Assembly: GCA_963708135.1 (NCBI GenBank)
Contig: OY970192.1
Span: forward strand, 64,001 to 128,000
Origin: an uncultured Gemmatimonadales bacterium
GTDB taxonomy: Bacteria; Gemmatimonadota; Gemmatimonadetes; Longimicrobiales; RSA9
Length of the DNA: 64,000 nucleotides
Direction of reading: 5' to 3'
In this document: positions 28,877 through 40,837 of the stretch, one piece after another
Layout: the number at the start of each line of letters is the position of its first letter
Position numbering within the stretch: the first letter of the stretch is position 1
Program-made: the position numbers and the translations under genes
Notes under the pieces: generated by a model
Databases searched by the model: none
Seen by the model: only the letters and a program-made list of their open reading frames with translations
What the model was told of the DNA's origin: nothing

Positions 28877-29839
28877 TCAGCTCTCCGCCGCCCACCAGGT
28901 GCCCATCTGCTCGTACTTGTCCCACCGGGCGCGGCGCAGCGCGTCGGAGTCCAGCTCCGCGAGCTCCGCCAGGTGCCGCAGCACCGCCTCGCGGACTCGC
29001 CCGATCGCCGCCGGCGCGTCCGCGTGCGCGCCGCCCAGCGGCTCCCTCACCACCTCGTCCACCACCCCGAGCGCCGCCAGGTCGCCGGCCGTGATCTTCA
29101 TCGCCTCCGCCGCCTTGTCCTTGGCCGCGTTCGTCTTCCACAGGATCGCCGCGCACCCCTCCGGCGAGATCACGCTGTAGATCGCGTTCTCCAGCATGAG
29201 CACCCGGTCCGCGAGCCCCAGCGCCAGGGCGCCGCCGCTGCCGCCCTCGCCGATGACCACCGCCACCAGAGGCACGCGCAGCCGCGCCATCTCGCGCAGG
29301 TTCGTCGCGATTGCCTCGCCCTGACCGCGCTCCTCCGCGCCGATGCCCGGATAGGCCCCCGGCGTGTCGATCAGCGTCACGATCGGGCGTCCGAACTTCT
29401 CCGCCATGCGCATGAGGCGCAGCGCCTTGCGGTAGCCCTCCGGATGCGGCATCCCGAAGTTGCGCCGCAGGTTCTCCTTCATGTCGCGGCCCTTCTGGTG
29501 CCCGATCACCATGATCGTGCGTCCGTCCAGCCGCGCCCACCCGCCCACGATCGCCTCGTCGTCGCGGAACGCGCGGTCGCCGTGCAGCTCCAGGAAGTCG
29601 GTGAACGCCTCCCCGATGTAGTCGAGCGTGTACGGCCGCTTCGGGTGCCGCGCCAGCTGCACCCGCTCGACCGCCGACAGGTTCTCGTACGTCTCCGTCT
29701 TGAGCTGCGCGAGCTTCGACTCGAGGAGCCGCAGCTCCCCCGACGCCTCGAGCCCGCGCTGCCGCGCCAGGACCTGGAGCCGCTCGATCTGCTGCTCCAG
29801 CTCCGCGATGTCCTTCTCGAATTCCAGGGGCGTGCTCAT
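28877..29839 (-). CDS. accA: Acetyl-CoA carboxylase carboxyltransferase alpha
   Basis: LEFEK, ARHPKRP, ELHGDR, PEGYRKALRLM, DTPGAYPG, GEGGSGGA. Confidence 0.97.
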   Translation of the reverse strand: MSTPLEFEKDIAELEQQIERLQVLARQRGLEASGELRLLESKLAQLKTETYENLSAVERVQLARHPKRPYTLDYIGEAFTDFLELHGDRAFRDDEAIVGGWARLDGRTIMVIGHQKGRDMKENLRRNFGMPHPEGYRKALRLMRMAEKFGRPIVTLIDTPGAYPGIGAEERGQGEAIATNLREMARLRVPLVAVVIGEGGSGGALALGLADRVLMLENAIYSVISPEGCAAILWKTNAAKDKAAEAMKITAGDLAALGVVDEVVREPLGGAHADAPAAIGRVREAVLRHLAELAELDSDALRRARWDKYEQMGTWWAAES

Positions 29840-32800
29840 CCCCCTCCTTGTGGTCTCACCAGGCGAACGTGCTCGCCACCGCAGCGCGCGCGCAGCTCCT
29901 TCACCAGGCCCTCGTCCGGTGCCACCGTCAGCGTGCGCGAACGGAGCCGCGCCGGGCCGTCCGCCGGGGCGTTGCCGCCGACCTCGCCGGCCGCCGGCAG
30001 CCACCGCACGTACAGCGGCGCGGGGCCGGGATGGGCCCGCAGCAGGGCCGCGAGCGAGCCGATCGATTCGGGCTCCACGCCGTTGCCGCTCTCCAGCTCG
30101 AGCTCCAGAGCCAGCGTGCCGCGCGCCCGCAGCGAGGCGAGCGAGGCGACCTCGTCCAGGAAGATCGGCGGCGTGTCCTCGTCCTCGCGCCCCTTCACCA
30201 TCCCGCGCACCAGCACCGCCGCGTCCTGCGTCAGCGCCTCGCGGTTCAGCTCCCACGCCTCGCCGAAGCACAGCACGGACGCCGTGCCGTAGAAGTCCTC
30301 CACCGTCAGCCGGCCCCACTCCGCGCCGTTGCGCCTGGAGACCTGGCGCGAGACGGCCGTCACCACGCAGGCCAGCTCCACCTTCTGGTCCCGGTACTCC
30401 TTCAGGTTCGACGTGTTCACCGCCTGGAAGACCCGGACCTCCTCGCGGTACTTCTCCAGCGGGTGGCCGCTGATGAAGAAGCCGAGGATCTCCTTCTCAC
30501 GCGTGAGTCGTTCGGCCTCCGTCCACGGCACCACGTCCGGCAGCTGCGGATCCGGCCGGGCCGGCGGGGCCTCCGCACCGCCGCCCAACGCGTCGAAGAG
30601 CGAGCCCTGCCCCGACTCCCGCTCCGCGTGCCGGAGCTGCGCCTCGCGCAGCGCCGCCTCGAGGCCCGCGAGCAGCTTCGCCCGGTGTCCCGCGCCGGAC
30701 GGCAGCCGCTCGGTCAGCGAGTCGCAGGCGCCGGCCGTGACGAGCGCCTCGAGCGCACGCTTCCCCAGCGCTCGGCTGTCCGTGCGCTCGACCAGGTCGA
30801 ACAGGGAGGTGAACGGCCCACCCTCCGCCCGCGCCTCCAGGATCGAGCGCACCGCGCCCTCCCCCAGTCCGCGCACCGCGCCCAGCCCGAAGCGGATCTG
30901 GTCGTCCGCCACCGGCGTGAACTTCCAGCCCGACTCGTTCACGTCCGGCGCCAGCACCTCCAGCGCACGGACCCCGCCCTCCGGCATGAACCGCCAGAGT
31001 TCCCGGCATTCCGCGATATAGTTGACGACGCTGTCGGTCTTGTCCACCACCGAGCTCAGCATCGCGGCCATGAACTCGGCGGGGTAGTGCCGCTTGAGCC
31101 ACGCCGTCTCGTAGGAGAGCAGCACGTACGCCACCGCGTGCGAGCGGTTGAAGCCGTAGCGGCCGAACGCGGCGATCTGCTCCGCCAGCTCCTCCGCGGT
31201 CCGCTTCTCCACGCCCCGCTCGACGGCCCGGTCGCGGAACTTCTCGAGCTCCTTGTCGATCAGCGCCTGGTCCTTCTTGCCGACCGCCTTCCGCAGCACG
31301 TCGGCCTCCGCCAGCGTGAAGCCGGCCAGCACCTGCGCGATCCGCATCACCTGCTCCTGATACGTGATGACGCCGTAGGTGGGCTCCAGCACCTCCGTCA
31401 GCCGCTCGTGCGCGTAGCGCACCGGCTCGCGGCCGAGCTTCCTGCGGATGAACACGTCGGTCATGCCCGTGTCCAGCGGCCCCGGCCGGATCAGCGCGTT
31501 GGCGGCCACCAGGTCCTCGAAGCAGTCGCAGCGCATCGCCCGCAGCTTGTCCGTGGCCAGCGACGACTCGAACTGGAACACGCCCGTGGTGCCGCCGTGC
31601 GCCAGCATCTCGTACACCGCCGGGTCGTCCAGCGGCACGTCCTCGATGCGCGCGTACTCCACACCCGTCTCCGGATGCCGCAGCGCGCCGTGGCGCTCGC
31701 GGATCCAGGCCACCGCATCGTGGATCACGGTCAGCGTCTTCAGGCCCAGGAAGTCCATCTTGAGCATTCCGGCCTGCTCGAGCGCGATCATGTCCCACTG
31801 CGTGACGAGCACCGTCTCGTCCTCGCCCGCCCCCGCGCCTTTCGTCAACTGCGTGCACACCGGCACGTATTCGTGCAGCGGGCCCGGCGCGATCACCACC
31901 CCCGCCGCGTGCACGCTGGCATGCCGGCTGAGCCCTTCCAGTCCCTTCGCGTACTCCAGCAGCCGGTGCACCCGACCGTCCGTGCGGTCCAGCGCCCGGA
32001 GCTCGGGGATCTTCTCCGCAGCCTCCGCCACCGTGAGCGAGTTGTTCGGCGCGTTCGGCACCAGCTTGGCCAGCCGGTCCGTCTCGGCCGGCTCGAAGCC
32101 GAGCACCCGCCCCACGTCCTTGATCACCGCCCTCGACTTCATGGTGCCGAAGGTGATGATCTGCCCGACCGAGTCGCGCCCGTACTTCTCGCGCACGTAC
32201 TCGATCACCTCGCCACGACGCTCGAAGCAGAAGTCGATGTCGATGTCCGGCATCGACACGCGGTCCGGGTTCAGGAACCGCTCGAACAGCAGGTCGAACG
32301 CGAGCGGATCCACGTCCGTGATGCCCAGGCAGTAGGCCACGAGGGAGCCCGCCGCCGACCCGCGCCCCGGACCCACGGGGATGCCGCGCGCTTTCGCCCA
32401 GTTGATGAAGTCCGCCGTGATCAGGAAGTACCCCGCGTAGTCCGCGCGCGGGTTGCTGATTACCGACAGCTCGTACTCCAGCCGCTGCTCGATCTCCTCC
32501 GGCAGGGGATCGCCGTAGCGGGCGCGCGCCTTCTCGAGCACGTCCCGCCGCAGCAGCTCCGCCTCCGTCTGGATCCCTTCCGGCAGCGGGAACGACGGCA
32601 CGTAGTAGCGCTTCTCCAGCGTGACGTCCACCTGGTCCGCGATCGCGAGCGTGTGCTCCAGCACGTCCGGGCGGTCCGGGAACACCTCCGCCATCTCGCC
32701 GGCGCTCTTGAAGTACAGGCCGCCGTCGTAGCGCATCCGGTTGGGGTCGTCCTTGTCCTTGCCCAGCCCGATGCACAGCAGGACGTCGTGCGCCTCGTGG

Positions 32801-33441
32801 TCGCTCGCGCGCAGGAAGTGCGCGTCGTTCGTCGCCACCACCGGAAGCCCGAGCTCCTCCGCGAGACGGAAGACCCGCTCGTTCAGCTCCGCCTGCCCCG
32901 GCGTGCCGTGCGCCTGCACCTCCAGGTAATAGCGACCGTCGAACGTCTGCGCGTACCAGCTCGCCGCCTCCCGCGCCGCGTCCCACTGGTTCGCCACCAG
33001 ATGGCGCGCCACTTCCCCCGCCATGCACGCGGAGCTCACGATCAGCCCCGCACCGTACCTCGCGAGCACCTCGCGGTCCACGCGCGGGCGATGGTAGAAG
33101 CCCTCCTGGTAGCCGATCGAGCTCAGCCGCACGAGGTTGCGATACCCCTCCCGGTCGCGCGCCAGCAGCACCAGGTGGTAGTACGCCCGCTCCCCCCGCT
33201 CCCGCGACGTCCGGTCCCGCCGGTCTCCCGGCGCAACGTACGCCTCCATCCCGACGATCGGCTTGAGCCCCGCCTTCGACGCCTTCTGCTGGAACTCCCA
33301 CGCGCCGAACATGCAGCCGTGATCCGTCAGCGCGAGCGCCGGCATCTCCAGCTCGTTGGCCCGCCGCACCAGGTCGCGGATCCGGTTCGCGCCGTCCAGC
33401 AGGGAGAATTCGCTGTGCGTGTGCAGGTGGACGAACGACAT
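29836..33441 (-). CDS. dnaE: DNA polymerase III subunit alpha
   Basis: HLHTHSEFSLLDG PHP domain, GPGRGSAAGS, MPDIDIDF, KMDFLGL, YGFNRSH, C-terminal OB fold. Confidence 0.98.
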   Translation of the reverse strand: MSFVHLHTHSEFSLLDGANRIRDLVRRANELEMPALALTDHGCMFGAWEFQQKASKAGLKPIVGMEAYVAPGDRRDRTSRERGERAYYHLVLLARDREGYRNLVRLSSIGYQEGFYHRPRVDREVLARYGAGLIVSSACMAGEVARHLVANQWDAAREAASWYAQTFDGRYYLEVQAHGTPGQAELNERVFRLAEELGLPVVATNDAHFLRASDHEAHDVLLCIGLGKDKDDPNRMRYDGGLYFKSAGEMAEVFPDRPDVLEHTLAIADQVDVTLEKRYYVPSFPLPEGIQTEAELLRRDVLEKARARYGDPLPEEIEQRLEYELSVISNPRADYAGYFLITADFINWAKARGIPVGPGRGSAAGSLVAYCLGITDVDPLAFDLLFERFLNPDRVSMPDIDIDFCFERRGEVIEYVREKYGRDSVGQIITFGTMKSRAVIKDVGRVLGFEPAETDRLAKLVPNAPNNSLTVAEAAEKIPELRALDRTDGRVHRLLEYAKGLEGLSRHASVHAAGVVIAPGPLHEYVPVCTQLTKGAGAGEDETVLVTQWDMIALEQAGMLKMDFLGLKTLTVIHDAVAWIRERHGALRHPETGVEYARIEDVPLDDPAVYEMLAHGGTTGVFQFESSLATDKLRAMRCDCFEDLVAANALIRPGPLDTGMTDVFIRRKLGREPVRYAHERLTEVLEPTYGVITYQEQVMRIAQVLAGFTLAEADVLRKAVGKKDQALIDKELEKFRDRAVERGVEKRTAEELAEQIAAFGRYGFNRSHAVAYVLLSYETAWLKRHYPAEFMAAMLSSVVDKTDSVVNYIAECRELWRFMPEGGVRALEVLAPDVNESGWKFTPVADDQIRFGLGAVRGLGEGAVRSILEARAEGGPFTSLFDLVERTDSRALGKRALEALVTAGACDSLTERLPSGAGHRAKLLAGLEAALREAQLRHAERESGQGSLFDALGGGAEAPPARPDPQLPDVVPWTEAERLTREKEILGFFISGHPLEKYREEVRVFQAVNTSNLKEYRDQKVELACVVTAVSRQVSRRNGAEWGRLTVEDFYGTASVLCFGEAWELNREALTQDAAVLVRGMVKGREDEDTPPIFLDEVASLASLRARGTLALELELESGNGVEPESIGSLAALLRAHPGPAPLYVRWLPAAGEVGGNAPADGPARLRSRTLTVAPDEGLVKELRARCGGEHVRLVRPQGGG

Positions 33442-33630
33442 CGTTCTCCCGGGGGTGCCGGCGCCTCGTCGAAGAGACCCGCGCGGGGCAGGTCGCAAAG
33501 CGCCCGATTCTTCGAAAATACAAGCAGTTACGCGGTTCCTGGCCTGATCGCCCATGAAGTTAACGGCCCCACCCGGACCGGGCAACGACCAGCCCCGGCG
33601 GGTGGTCTGCGTCCTGCACGGCCGTTATCG

Positions 33631-33730
33631 TGAGGGTGAGGGTGAGGGTGAGGGAGGGAGAGGGGGAGGGGGAGGGGGTGGGTGGGGATTGGGGTGAGTT
33701 GGGGGTGAGGGAAAGGGAGAGGGTTGGGGA
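33631..33730. repeat. G-rich tract: (TGAGGG)4 plus further G-runs (16 runs of 3 or more G)
   Basis: Direct reading; intergenic between divergent dnaE and otsB. Confidence 0.88.
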
Positions 33731-33787
33731 AGTCGAACTTTGCACCGAGCGCCCGCTTCGGTCGTCGGGGCCCGGGTCAGGGGGGCG

Positions 33788-34627
33788 TTGAGGGGGCTGC
33801 CACACGGCCGCGAGATGCTCGAGGAGTGGCGCCGGGCCAGGCGGCGGGCCGGACGGATGCTCGTGGCGCTCGATTTCGATGGCACGCTGGCGCCGATCGT
33901 GGAGCGGCCGGAGGATGCGGCGCTGCCGGCGGGTGCACGGCCGGTGCTCGAGCGCCTGGTCGCGCGGCCGGATACGGACGTGGCGATCGTGAGCGGACGA
34001 GGGCTCGAGGACGTCCGCGCACGCGTGGGGCTCGCGGGGGCGTTCTACGCCGGCAACCACGGCATGGAGATCGAGGGGCCGGGGCTCGAGCGCAGGGTGC
34101 CGGAGGCGGTGGCGGCGCGTCCGCGCGTGGCGGCGTGCGCCGCGGCGTTGCGGGACGCGCTCGACGGCATCGACGGCGCGCAGGTGGAGGACAAGGGGGC
34201 CACGCTGAGCGTGCACACGCGGCGCGTGGCAGATGCGGACGCGGCGGCCGAGGTGGAACGGCGCGTGCGCGCCATCGCGGGGGACTACCCCGGACTGCGC
34301 CTGACCGCCGGGAAGAAGGTGCTCGAGGTCCGGCCGGACATCGACTGGGACAAAGGGCGCGCCACGAGCTTCCTCCTGGGTGCACTCGAGGCCGGAGCCG
34401 GACTGGCCGTGCCCGTCGTCTTCATCGGCGATGACCGCACGGACGAGGATGCCTTCCGCGCCCTGGGCGAGCGCGGCGACGGCGTGCTCGTCGCGCCCGC
34501 GCCGCCGGCCGACACGGCGGCGCGGGCGTGGGTCGAGAGCCCCGCCGGGGTGCTGGACCTGCTGCGGCGCCTGGCCGAGCCGGATGAGCCGCCCCGCGGG
34601 CCGGACGACATTGGCAGCAAGGAGTAG
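33788..34627 (+). CDS. otsB: Trehalose-6-phosphate phosphatase
   Basis: LDFDGTLAPI, IVSGR, YAGNHG, VEDKG, EVRP...WDKG, FIGDDRTDEDAF; start uncertain (33788 TTG or 33815 ATG). Confidence 0.92.
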   Translation: MRGLPHGREMLEEWRRARRRAGRMLVALDFDGTLAPIVERPEDAALPAGARPVLERLVARPDTDVAIVSGRGLEDVRARVGLAGAFYAGNHGMEIEGPGLERRVPEAVAARPRVAACAAALRDALDGIDGAQVEDKGATLSVHTRRVADADAAAEVERRVRAIAGDYPGLRLTAGKKVLEVRPDIDWDKGRATSFLLGALEAGAGLAVPVVFIGDDRTDEDAFRALGERGDGVLVAPAPPADTAARAWVESPAGVLDLLRRLAEPDEPPRGPDDIGSKE

Positions 34628-34637
34628 AGTGGACGCG

Positions 34638-35045
34638 ATGCGCGCCGGACCCAGGCGATTCACGCTCATGCCGCTGCTCGCTGGGGCGGCCCTGGCCGCG
34701 TGTGCGCACCGGCCGCCGTCCGCCCCCATGCCCGCCAGCTCGGAGGCGGTGCGGCACCGCGCCGCGCTGGCCACGCTCCTCGTCCGCAACGACACCGACC
34801 GGCGGCTGCGCATCGGCTACCGCCTGGCCGCCGCGCCGGGGGGCCTGGTCGTGGTCGGGCGCGTGCCCGCGCGCGACAGCGCGCACATGGCGCCCGTGCC
34901 CGCGGGCGAGCCGCTCCTCCTGCGCGCCATCGACCCCGACGCGCACGTCCTCACCCTGCCCCCGCGCACCTTCGACGTGGACGAGGTCTGGACATGGGAG
35001 ATTCCCGCGGACGCCGAGTTCGCCGGAAGGGGAGCCGAACGGTGA
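34638..35045 (+). CDS. Hypothetical lipoprotein
   Basis: LAAC lipobox; coupled to the CDF gene. Confidence 0.65.
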   Translation: MRAGPRRFTLMPLLAGAALAACAHRPPSAPMPASSEAVRHRAALATLLVRNDTDRRLRIGYRLAAAPGGLVVVGRVPARDSAHMAPVPAGEPLLLRAIDPDAHVLTLPPRTFDVDEVWTWEIPADAEFAGRGAER

Positions 35046-36166
35046 GCGACGAGCTCGAGGGCTGCACCATGGGCTACGGTCCGCACTGCACGCTGCCGCA
35101 GGCGCGCGGAGGCGGGCAGGGGGCCGGGGCGCACACGGACGCCGGGTCCCGAGCGGAGACCCGCGGAGAGGAGCAGCAGCCGGTCGCGCAGGCGCCCGCG
35201 CCCGCGCACGGCGACGCCCCGCAGCACGACCATCAGCACGATCACGGCGGCCGCGGACGCGGGCACGCCCACGGCATCGGCGGCATGGCGCGGTCGGCCG
35301 GACGCAGCGGGCTCATCTGGGTCCTCGCGATCACGGCTACCTTCATGGTCGCGGAGCTGGTCGGCGGCTGGATCTCCGGCTCCCTCGCGCTCATGGCCGA
35401 CGCCGCGCACATGCTCACGGACGTGGCTTCGATCGGCCTGTCCCTCTTCGCCCTCTCGTTCGCGCGCCGCCCCGCCACGCCCGAGAAGACCTACGGCTAT
35501 CTACGCCTCGAGATCCTGGCCGCCCTCCTGAACGGCGCGCTCCTCATCGGCATCGCCGTCTTCATCTTCCTGGAGGCCTGGCACCGCCTCGTGCAGCCGC
35601 ACGCGGTACGGGGAGCCCTCATGCTCGCCGTCGCCCTCGCCGGACTGGCCGCCAACATCGCCGCCGCCGCCATCCTGCACCGCTCCGCCGGCGAGAGCCT
35701 GAACGTCCGCGGCGCTTACCTCCACGTCCTCAGCGACCTGCTCGGCTCCGCCGGCGCCGCCCTCGCCGCGGCCGTCATCTTGGCCGTCGGCTGGCTCGCC
35801 GCCGACCCGATCATCTCCATCGTCGTCGGCGTGCTCATCCTCGCCAGCAGCTGGACCCTGCTGCGCGAGTCCGTGGACATCCTGCTCGAGGCCGTCCCCG
35901 CCCACATCGACATGGAAGAGGTGCGGCTGGCCATCGACGACGTGCCCGGCGTCAACCAGGTCCACGACCTCCACGTCTGGACCGTGACCAGTGGATTTCT
36001 CGCCATGAGCGGCCACGCCATCGTGGCCGATCCCGAGGCCAACCAGGCCGTCCTGGAGGAGATCCACCACCGCATGCGCGACCGCTTCGGCATCCGCCAC
36101 GCCACCATCCAGCTCGAGCGACGGCCCCAGGTCCAGCTGCGCCGCCGCCACGAGCCCCGGCTCTGA
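35042..36166 (+). CDS. Cation diffusion facilitator (CzcD/ZitB-like)
   Basis: His-rich N-terminus, SLALMADAAHMLTD, YLHVLSDLLGS, HDLHVW, HATIQLE. Confidence 0.93.
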   Translation: MSDELEGCTMGYGPHCTLPQARGGGQGAGAHTDAGSRAETRGEEQQPVAQAPAPAHGDAPQHDHQHDHGGRGRGHAHGIGGMARSAGRSGLIWVLAITATFMVAELVGGWISGSLALMADAAHMLTDVASIGLSLFALSFARRPATPEKTYGYLRLEILAALLNGALLIGIAVFIFLEAWHRLVQPHAVRGALMLAVALAGLAANIAAAAILHRSAGESLNVRGAYLHVLSDLLGSAGAALAAAVILAVGWLAADPIISIVVGVLILASSWTLLRESVDILLEAVPAHIDMEEVRLAIDDVPGVNQVHDLHVWTVTSGFLAMSGHAIVADPEANQAVLEEIHHRMRDRFGIRHATIQLERRPQVQLRRRHEPRL

Positions 36167-36175
36167 GCGACACCC

Positions 36176-36577
36176 ATGGCCAGCCGCATCTCCGTCCGCA
36201 CCAGCTCCCGCGAGCAGCTCCTGGACATCACGGGCGAGGTCCGCCGCGTCATCGGCGACGCGGGCATCACCGACGGCGTGGCGCACCTCTGGTCCCTCCA
36301 CACCACCTGCGCCCTCACCGTGAACGAGGGCGCCGACCCCGACGTCGCCCGCGACATGACCACCGCGCTCCGCCGGCTCGTGCCCCGGGCCGGCGACTAC
36401 CGCCACGCCGAGGGCAACTCCGACGCCCACGTGAAGACCTCCCTCTTCGGCCCCGCCCTCACGCTCCTCGTCGAGCACGGCGAGCCCGTCCTCGGCACCT
36501 GGCAGCACGTCTTCCTCGCCGAATGGGACGGGCCGCGCCAGAGGACGATCGCCGTGAAGGTGATTTCCGCCGACTGA
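36176..36577 (+). CDS. YjbQ/UPF0047 family protein
   Basis: HTTCALTVNEGADP, HAEGNSDAHVK, LGTWQ..F..EWDGPR. Confidence 0.92.
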   Translation: MASRISVRTSSREQLLDITGEVRRVIGDAGITDGVAHLWSLHTTCALTVNEGADPDVARDMTTALRRLVPRAGDYRHAEGNSDAHVKTSLFGPALTLLVEHGEPVLGTWQHVFLAEWDGPRQRTIAVKVISAD

Positions 36578-36635
36578 TCGACTCCCCTCCGCCACGCCCC
36601 TGTCCGCGCCGCTCCCCGACGAGCGCGCGCGGGGA

Positions 36636-36664
36636 TTGATGGGGAAGCGGAAAATCGCTAAATT
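36636..36664 (+). promoter_or_regulatory. Putative sigma70 promoter of typA
   Basis: TTGATG-N17-TAAATT. Confidence 0.55.
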
Positions 36665-36739
36665 ACAAGGCTTTGCCGGACCTGCGCCCCCGGCACCGAA
36701 CGCTCAGTGGGCCGCACGCATGCGGCCGCGGGAAACGGT

Positions 36740-38608
36740 ATGATTCGAAACGTCGCCATCATTGCTCACGTCGATCACGGCAAGACCACGCTCGTGGACA
36801 AGATGCTCCGGCAGGCCGGGGCGTTCCGCGAGAACCAGGTCGTCGAGGAGCGGGTCATGGACTCCAACCCGCTGGAGCGGGAGCGGGGGATCACGATCCT
36901 CTCCAAGAACACCTCCGTGCACTGGCAGGGGCACAAGATCAACATCGTCGATACCCCCGGCCACGCGGATTTCGGGGGCGAGGTCGAGCGCATCCTGCGG
37001 ATGGTGAACGGGGTGTTGCTGCTGGTGGACGCGTTCGACGGGCCAATGCCGCAGACGCGCTTCGTGACGCGCAAGGCGCTGGCGCTGGGGCTGCAGCCGA
37101 TCGTCGTGATCAACAAGGTGGACCGGTCGGACTCGGAGCCGCTGCGCGTGCACGACGAGGTGCTCGAGCTGTTCATGGAGCTGGAGGCGACGGAGGCGCA
37201 GCTCGACGCGCCGTTCCTCTATGCCTCCGCCCGCGAGGGCTGGGCGACGGCCGATCTGGGTGCCGAGCGCCAGGATCTGAAGCCCCTCTTCCAGGCGATC
37301 CTGGACACGGTTCCGCCGCCGCCTTCGGATATGGCCGGGCCGTTCCAGATGCTCGTTTCGACGATCGACCACTCGCCGTACCTGGGCCGCCTCGCCATCG
37401 GCCGGATCGAGCGCGGGCGGGTACGCGTGGGCGATCCGATCGTGCTGCTGGAGCCGCGCACGGCGGAGCACGCCGTGGAGGACGCGCCGGCGCCGGCCGG
37501 CCGGCAGGGCCGCGTCGCCAGGCTGTACGCGTTCGAGGGGTTGCAGCGCGTGGAGGTCGAGGAGGCCGCGGCCGGCGAGATCGTGGCGCTGGCGGGGCTC
37601 GAGGGCGTGGAGATCGGCGCCACGATCGCGGACGTCGAGGCGCCCGAGCCGCTCGAGGGGATCACCGTCGAGGAGCCGACGATCTCGGTCAACTTCGTCG
37701 TGAACACCTCGCCTTTCGCCGGCCGGGAAGGGAAGTACGTCACCAGCCGGCAGCTCCGCGAGCGGCTGCTCCGGGAGCTCGAGCGCAACGTCGCGCTGCG
37801 CGTCGAGGAGACCGGCTCGCCCGACACCCTCAAGGTGTCCGGCCGCGGCGAGCTGCACCTGGGCATCCTCATGGAGACCATGCGCCGCGAGGGCTACGAG
37901 TTCGCCGTCTCGCGCCCCCGCGTCATCACGCGCCCCGGCCCCGGCGGCGAGATCCTCGAGCCGTACGAGGAGGTGACGATCGACGTCCCCGACACCTTCA
38001 TGGGCGTCGTCATCGAGAAGCTCGGCTCGCGTCGCGGCGAGATGCTCGAGATGCGGCAGTCGGGGCCTCGCTCCGAGCCGGGCGGCCCGGGTGGCGGGCT
38101 GGTGCGCCTGCTCTACCGCATCCCCGCGCGCGGGCTCTTCGGCTACCGCAGCGAGTTCATGACCGACACCCGCGGCGAGGGGATCCTGCACCACCGCTTC
38201 CACGGGTACGGCGCGTGGGCCGGGCCGCTCAAGACCCGCGAGCGAGGCGTGCTCGTGTGCATGCTCGACGGACCCTCCGTCGCCTACGCGCTGTGGAACC
38301 TCCAGGAGCGCGCCACCCTCTTCATCGGACCAGGCATCGACACCTACGAGGGCATGATCGTCGGCGAGAACACCCGCCCCGGCGACATGGAGGTCAACGT
38401 CACCAAGGGGAAGAAGCTCACCAACATCCGCGCCTCCGGCGCCGACGACGCGATCCAGCTCGAGCCGCCCCGCGCCATGAGCCTCGAGGCCGCCCTCGAG
38501 TTCATCGGCGACGACGAGCTCGTCGAGATCACTCCCGCCGCCATCCGCCTCCGCAAGCGGCACCTCAAGGCACACGAGCGCAAGAAGGCCGCGCGCAAGG
38601 CCGGCTGA
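36740..38608 (+). CDS. typA: Translational GTPase TypA/BipA
   Basis: [51 protein letters not shown]. Confidence 0.97.
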   Translation: MIRNVAIIAHVDHGKTTLVDKMLRQAGAFRENQVVEERVMDSNPLERERGITILSKNTSVHWQGHKINIVDTPGHADFGGEVERILRMVNGVLLLVDAFDGPMPQTRFVTRKALALGLQPIVVINKVDRSDSEPLRVHDEVLELFMELEATEAQLDAPFLYASAREGWATADLGAERQDLKPLFQAILDTVPPPPSDMAGPFQMLVSTIDHSPYLGRLAIGRIERGRVRVGDPIVLLEPRTAEHAVEDAPAPAGRQGRVARLYAFEGLQRVEVEEAAAGEIVALAGLEGVEIGATIADVEAPEPLEGITVEEPTISVNFVVNTSPFAGREGKYVTSRQLRERLLRELERNVALRVEETGSPDTLKVSGRGELHLGILMETMRREGYEFAVSRPRVITRPGPGGEILEPYEEVTIDVPDTFMGVVIEKLGSRRGEMLEMRQSGPRSEPGGPGGGLVRLLYRIPARGLFGYRSEFMTDTRGEGILHHRFHGYGAWAGPLKTRERGVLVCMLDGPSVAYALWNLQERATLFIGPGIDTYEGMIVGENTRPGDMEVNVTKGKKLTNIRASGADDAIQLEPPRAMSLEAALEFIGDDELVEITPAAIRLRKRHLKAHERKKAARKAG

Positions 38609-38635
38609 GGGTCCGCCAGCCCCCGGCCCTCACCC

Positions 38636-38663
38636 TTGACACCCACGCGTTCGGGTTTACTTT
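38636..38663 (+). promoter_or_regulatory. Putative sigma70 promoter upstream of the acidic mini-protein
   Basis: TTGACA-N16-TACTTT. Confidence 0.6.
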
Positions 38664-38746
38664 CTGCGCGTTCGTGGAGCGGCCGCGGCTCCCGCCTCGC
38701 CCGCCCGGTTTCGCATCCGTACTCGCCCGCTTCAGGAGGGGCCGCA

Positions 38747-38980
38747 ATGGCGGACATGCTGCAACGGCACCGGCGCGCCGGCTCGGACGCACTCCTCCCC
38801 GGACTCGACCAGATCGTGCTCCGCGAGGACGACGTCGATGAGGAGGAGTGGGAGGAGGAGGACTGGGACGAGGACGAGGACGAGGACTGGGACGACGACG
38901 AGGACTGGGACGACGACGAGGACGAGGACTGGGAAGAGGACGAGGAGGAGTGGGAGGAGGAGTGGGAGGAGGCGGAATAG
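38747..38980 (+). CDS. 77-aa hyper-acidic Trp-repeat protein
   Basis: AGGAGG RBS at 38734-38739; the last 51 residues comprise 42 D/E, 7 W, 1 V and 1 A. Confidence 0.75.
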   Translation: MADMLQRHRRAGSDALLPGLDQIVLREDDVDEEEWEEEDWDEDEDEDWDDDEDWDDDEDEDWEEDEEEWEEEWEEAE

Positions 38981-39062
38981 CCTCTTCCCACGGCCGCTCC
39001 CCGGCCCCGGCGCCCGCGCGCCGCGGCCCCTGGCGCCCGCCCCGCCCCCTCCGCGCGAGGGG

Positions 39063-39091
39063 TTGACGGAGCGGGCGCCGAGTTGTAACTT
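39063..39091 (+). promoter_or_regulatory. rRNA promoter
   Basis: TTGACG-N17-TAACTT, ~190 bp upstream of the 16S. Confidence 0.7.
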
Positions 39092-39126
39092 ACTTGTCTC
39101 TGCCGGCTGCACCTGCCGCCGGCTCC

Positions 39127-39164
39127 GCTGTTTGACAACCGAGGTCGAGGAATGTCCGTGTGGG
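39127..39164 (+). promoter_or_regulatory. boxA-like element and 5' arm of the 16S processing stem
   Basis: GCTGTTTGACAAC resembles boxA; AACCGAGGTCGAGGAATGTCCGTGTGGG is complementary to CCCACACGGACACGCCTCGACCCCGGTT at 40893-40920. Confidence 0.75.
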
Positions 39165-39276
39165 CCCCGCCCGCGGGTACACCTTCCCGTGGGCTGCGCT
39201 TCGAGCGCGAGGGGACAACAAAAGGTAATTCCGAACGTTGTACAGACGACGTTCGACTGAGAGCTGTTCGAACTTT

Positions 39277-40837
<1,561 letters not shown>

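Noticed and set aside
29836..33441. Intein in dnaE (or in gyrA)
   Set aside because: Lengths are normal, motifs are contiguous, and no C/S...HN splice junctions or LAGLIDADG insert are visible
29848..33633. 1261-aa plus-strand ORF (and similar long ORFs opposite gyrA, typA, iorB and the amidohydrolases)
   Set aside because: Antisense or alternate-frame shadows of real genes, expected in very high-GC DNA; no recognisable motifs
38840..38975. GAGGACTGGGACGAC repeats as a possible CRISPR array
   Set aside because: Short codon-level repeats without unique spacers; no cas genes
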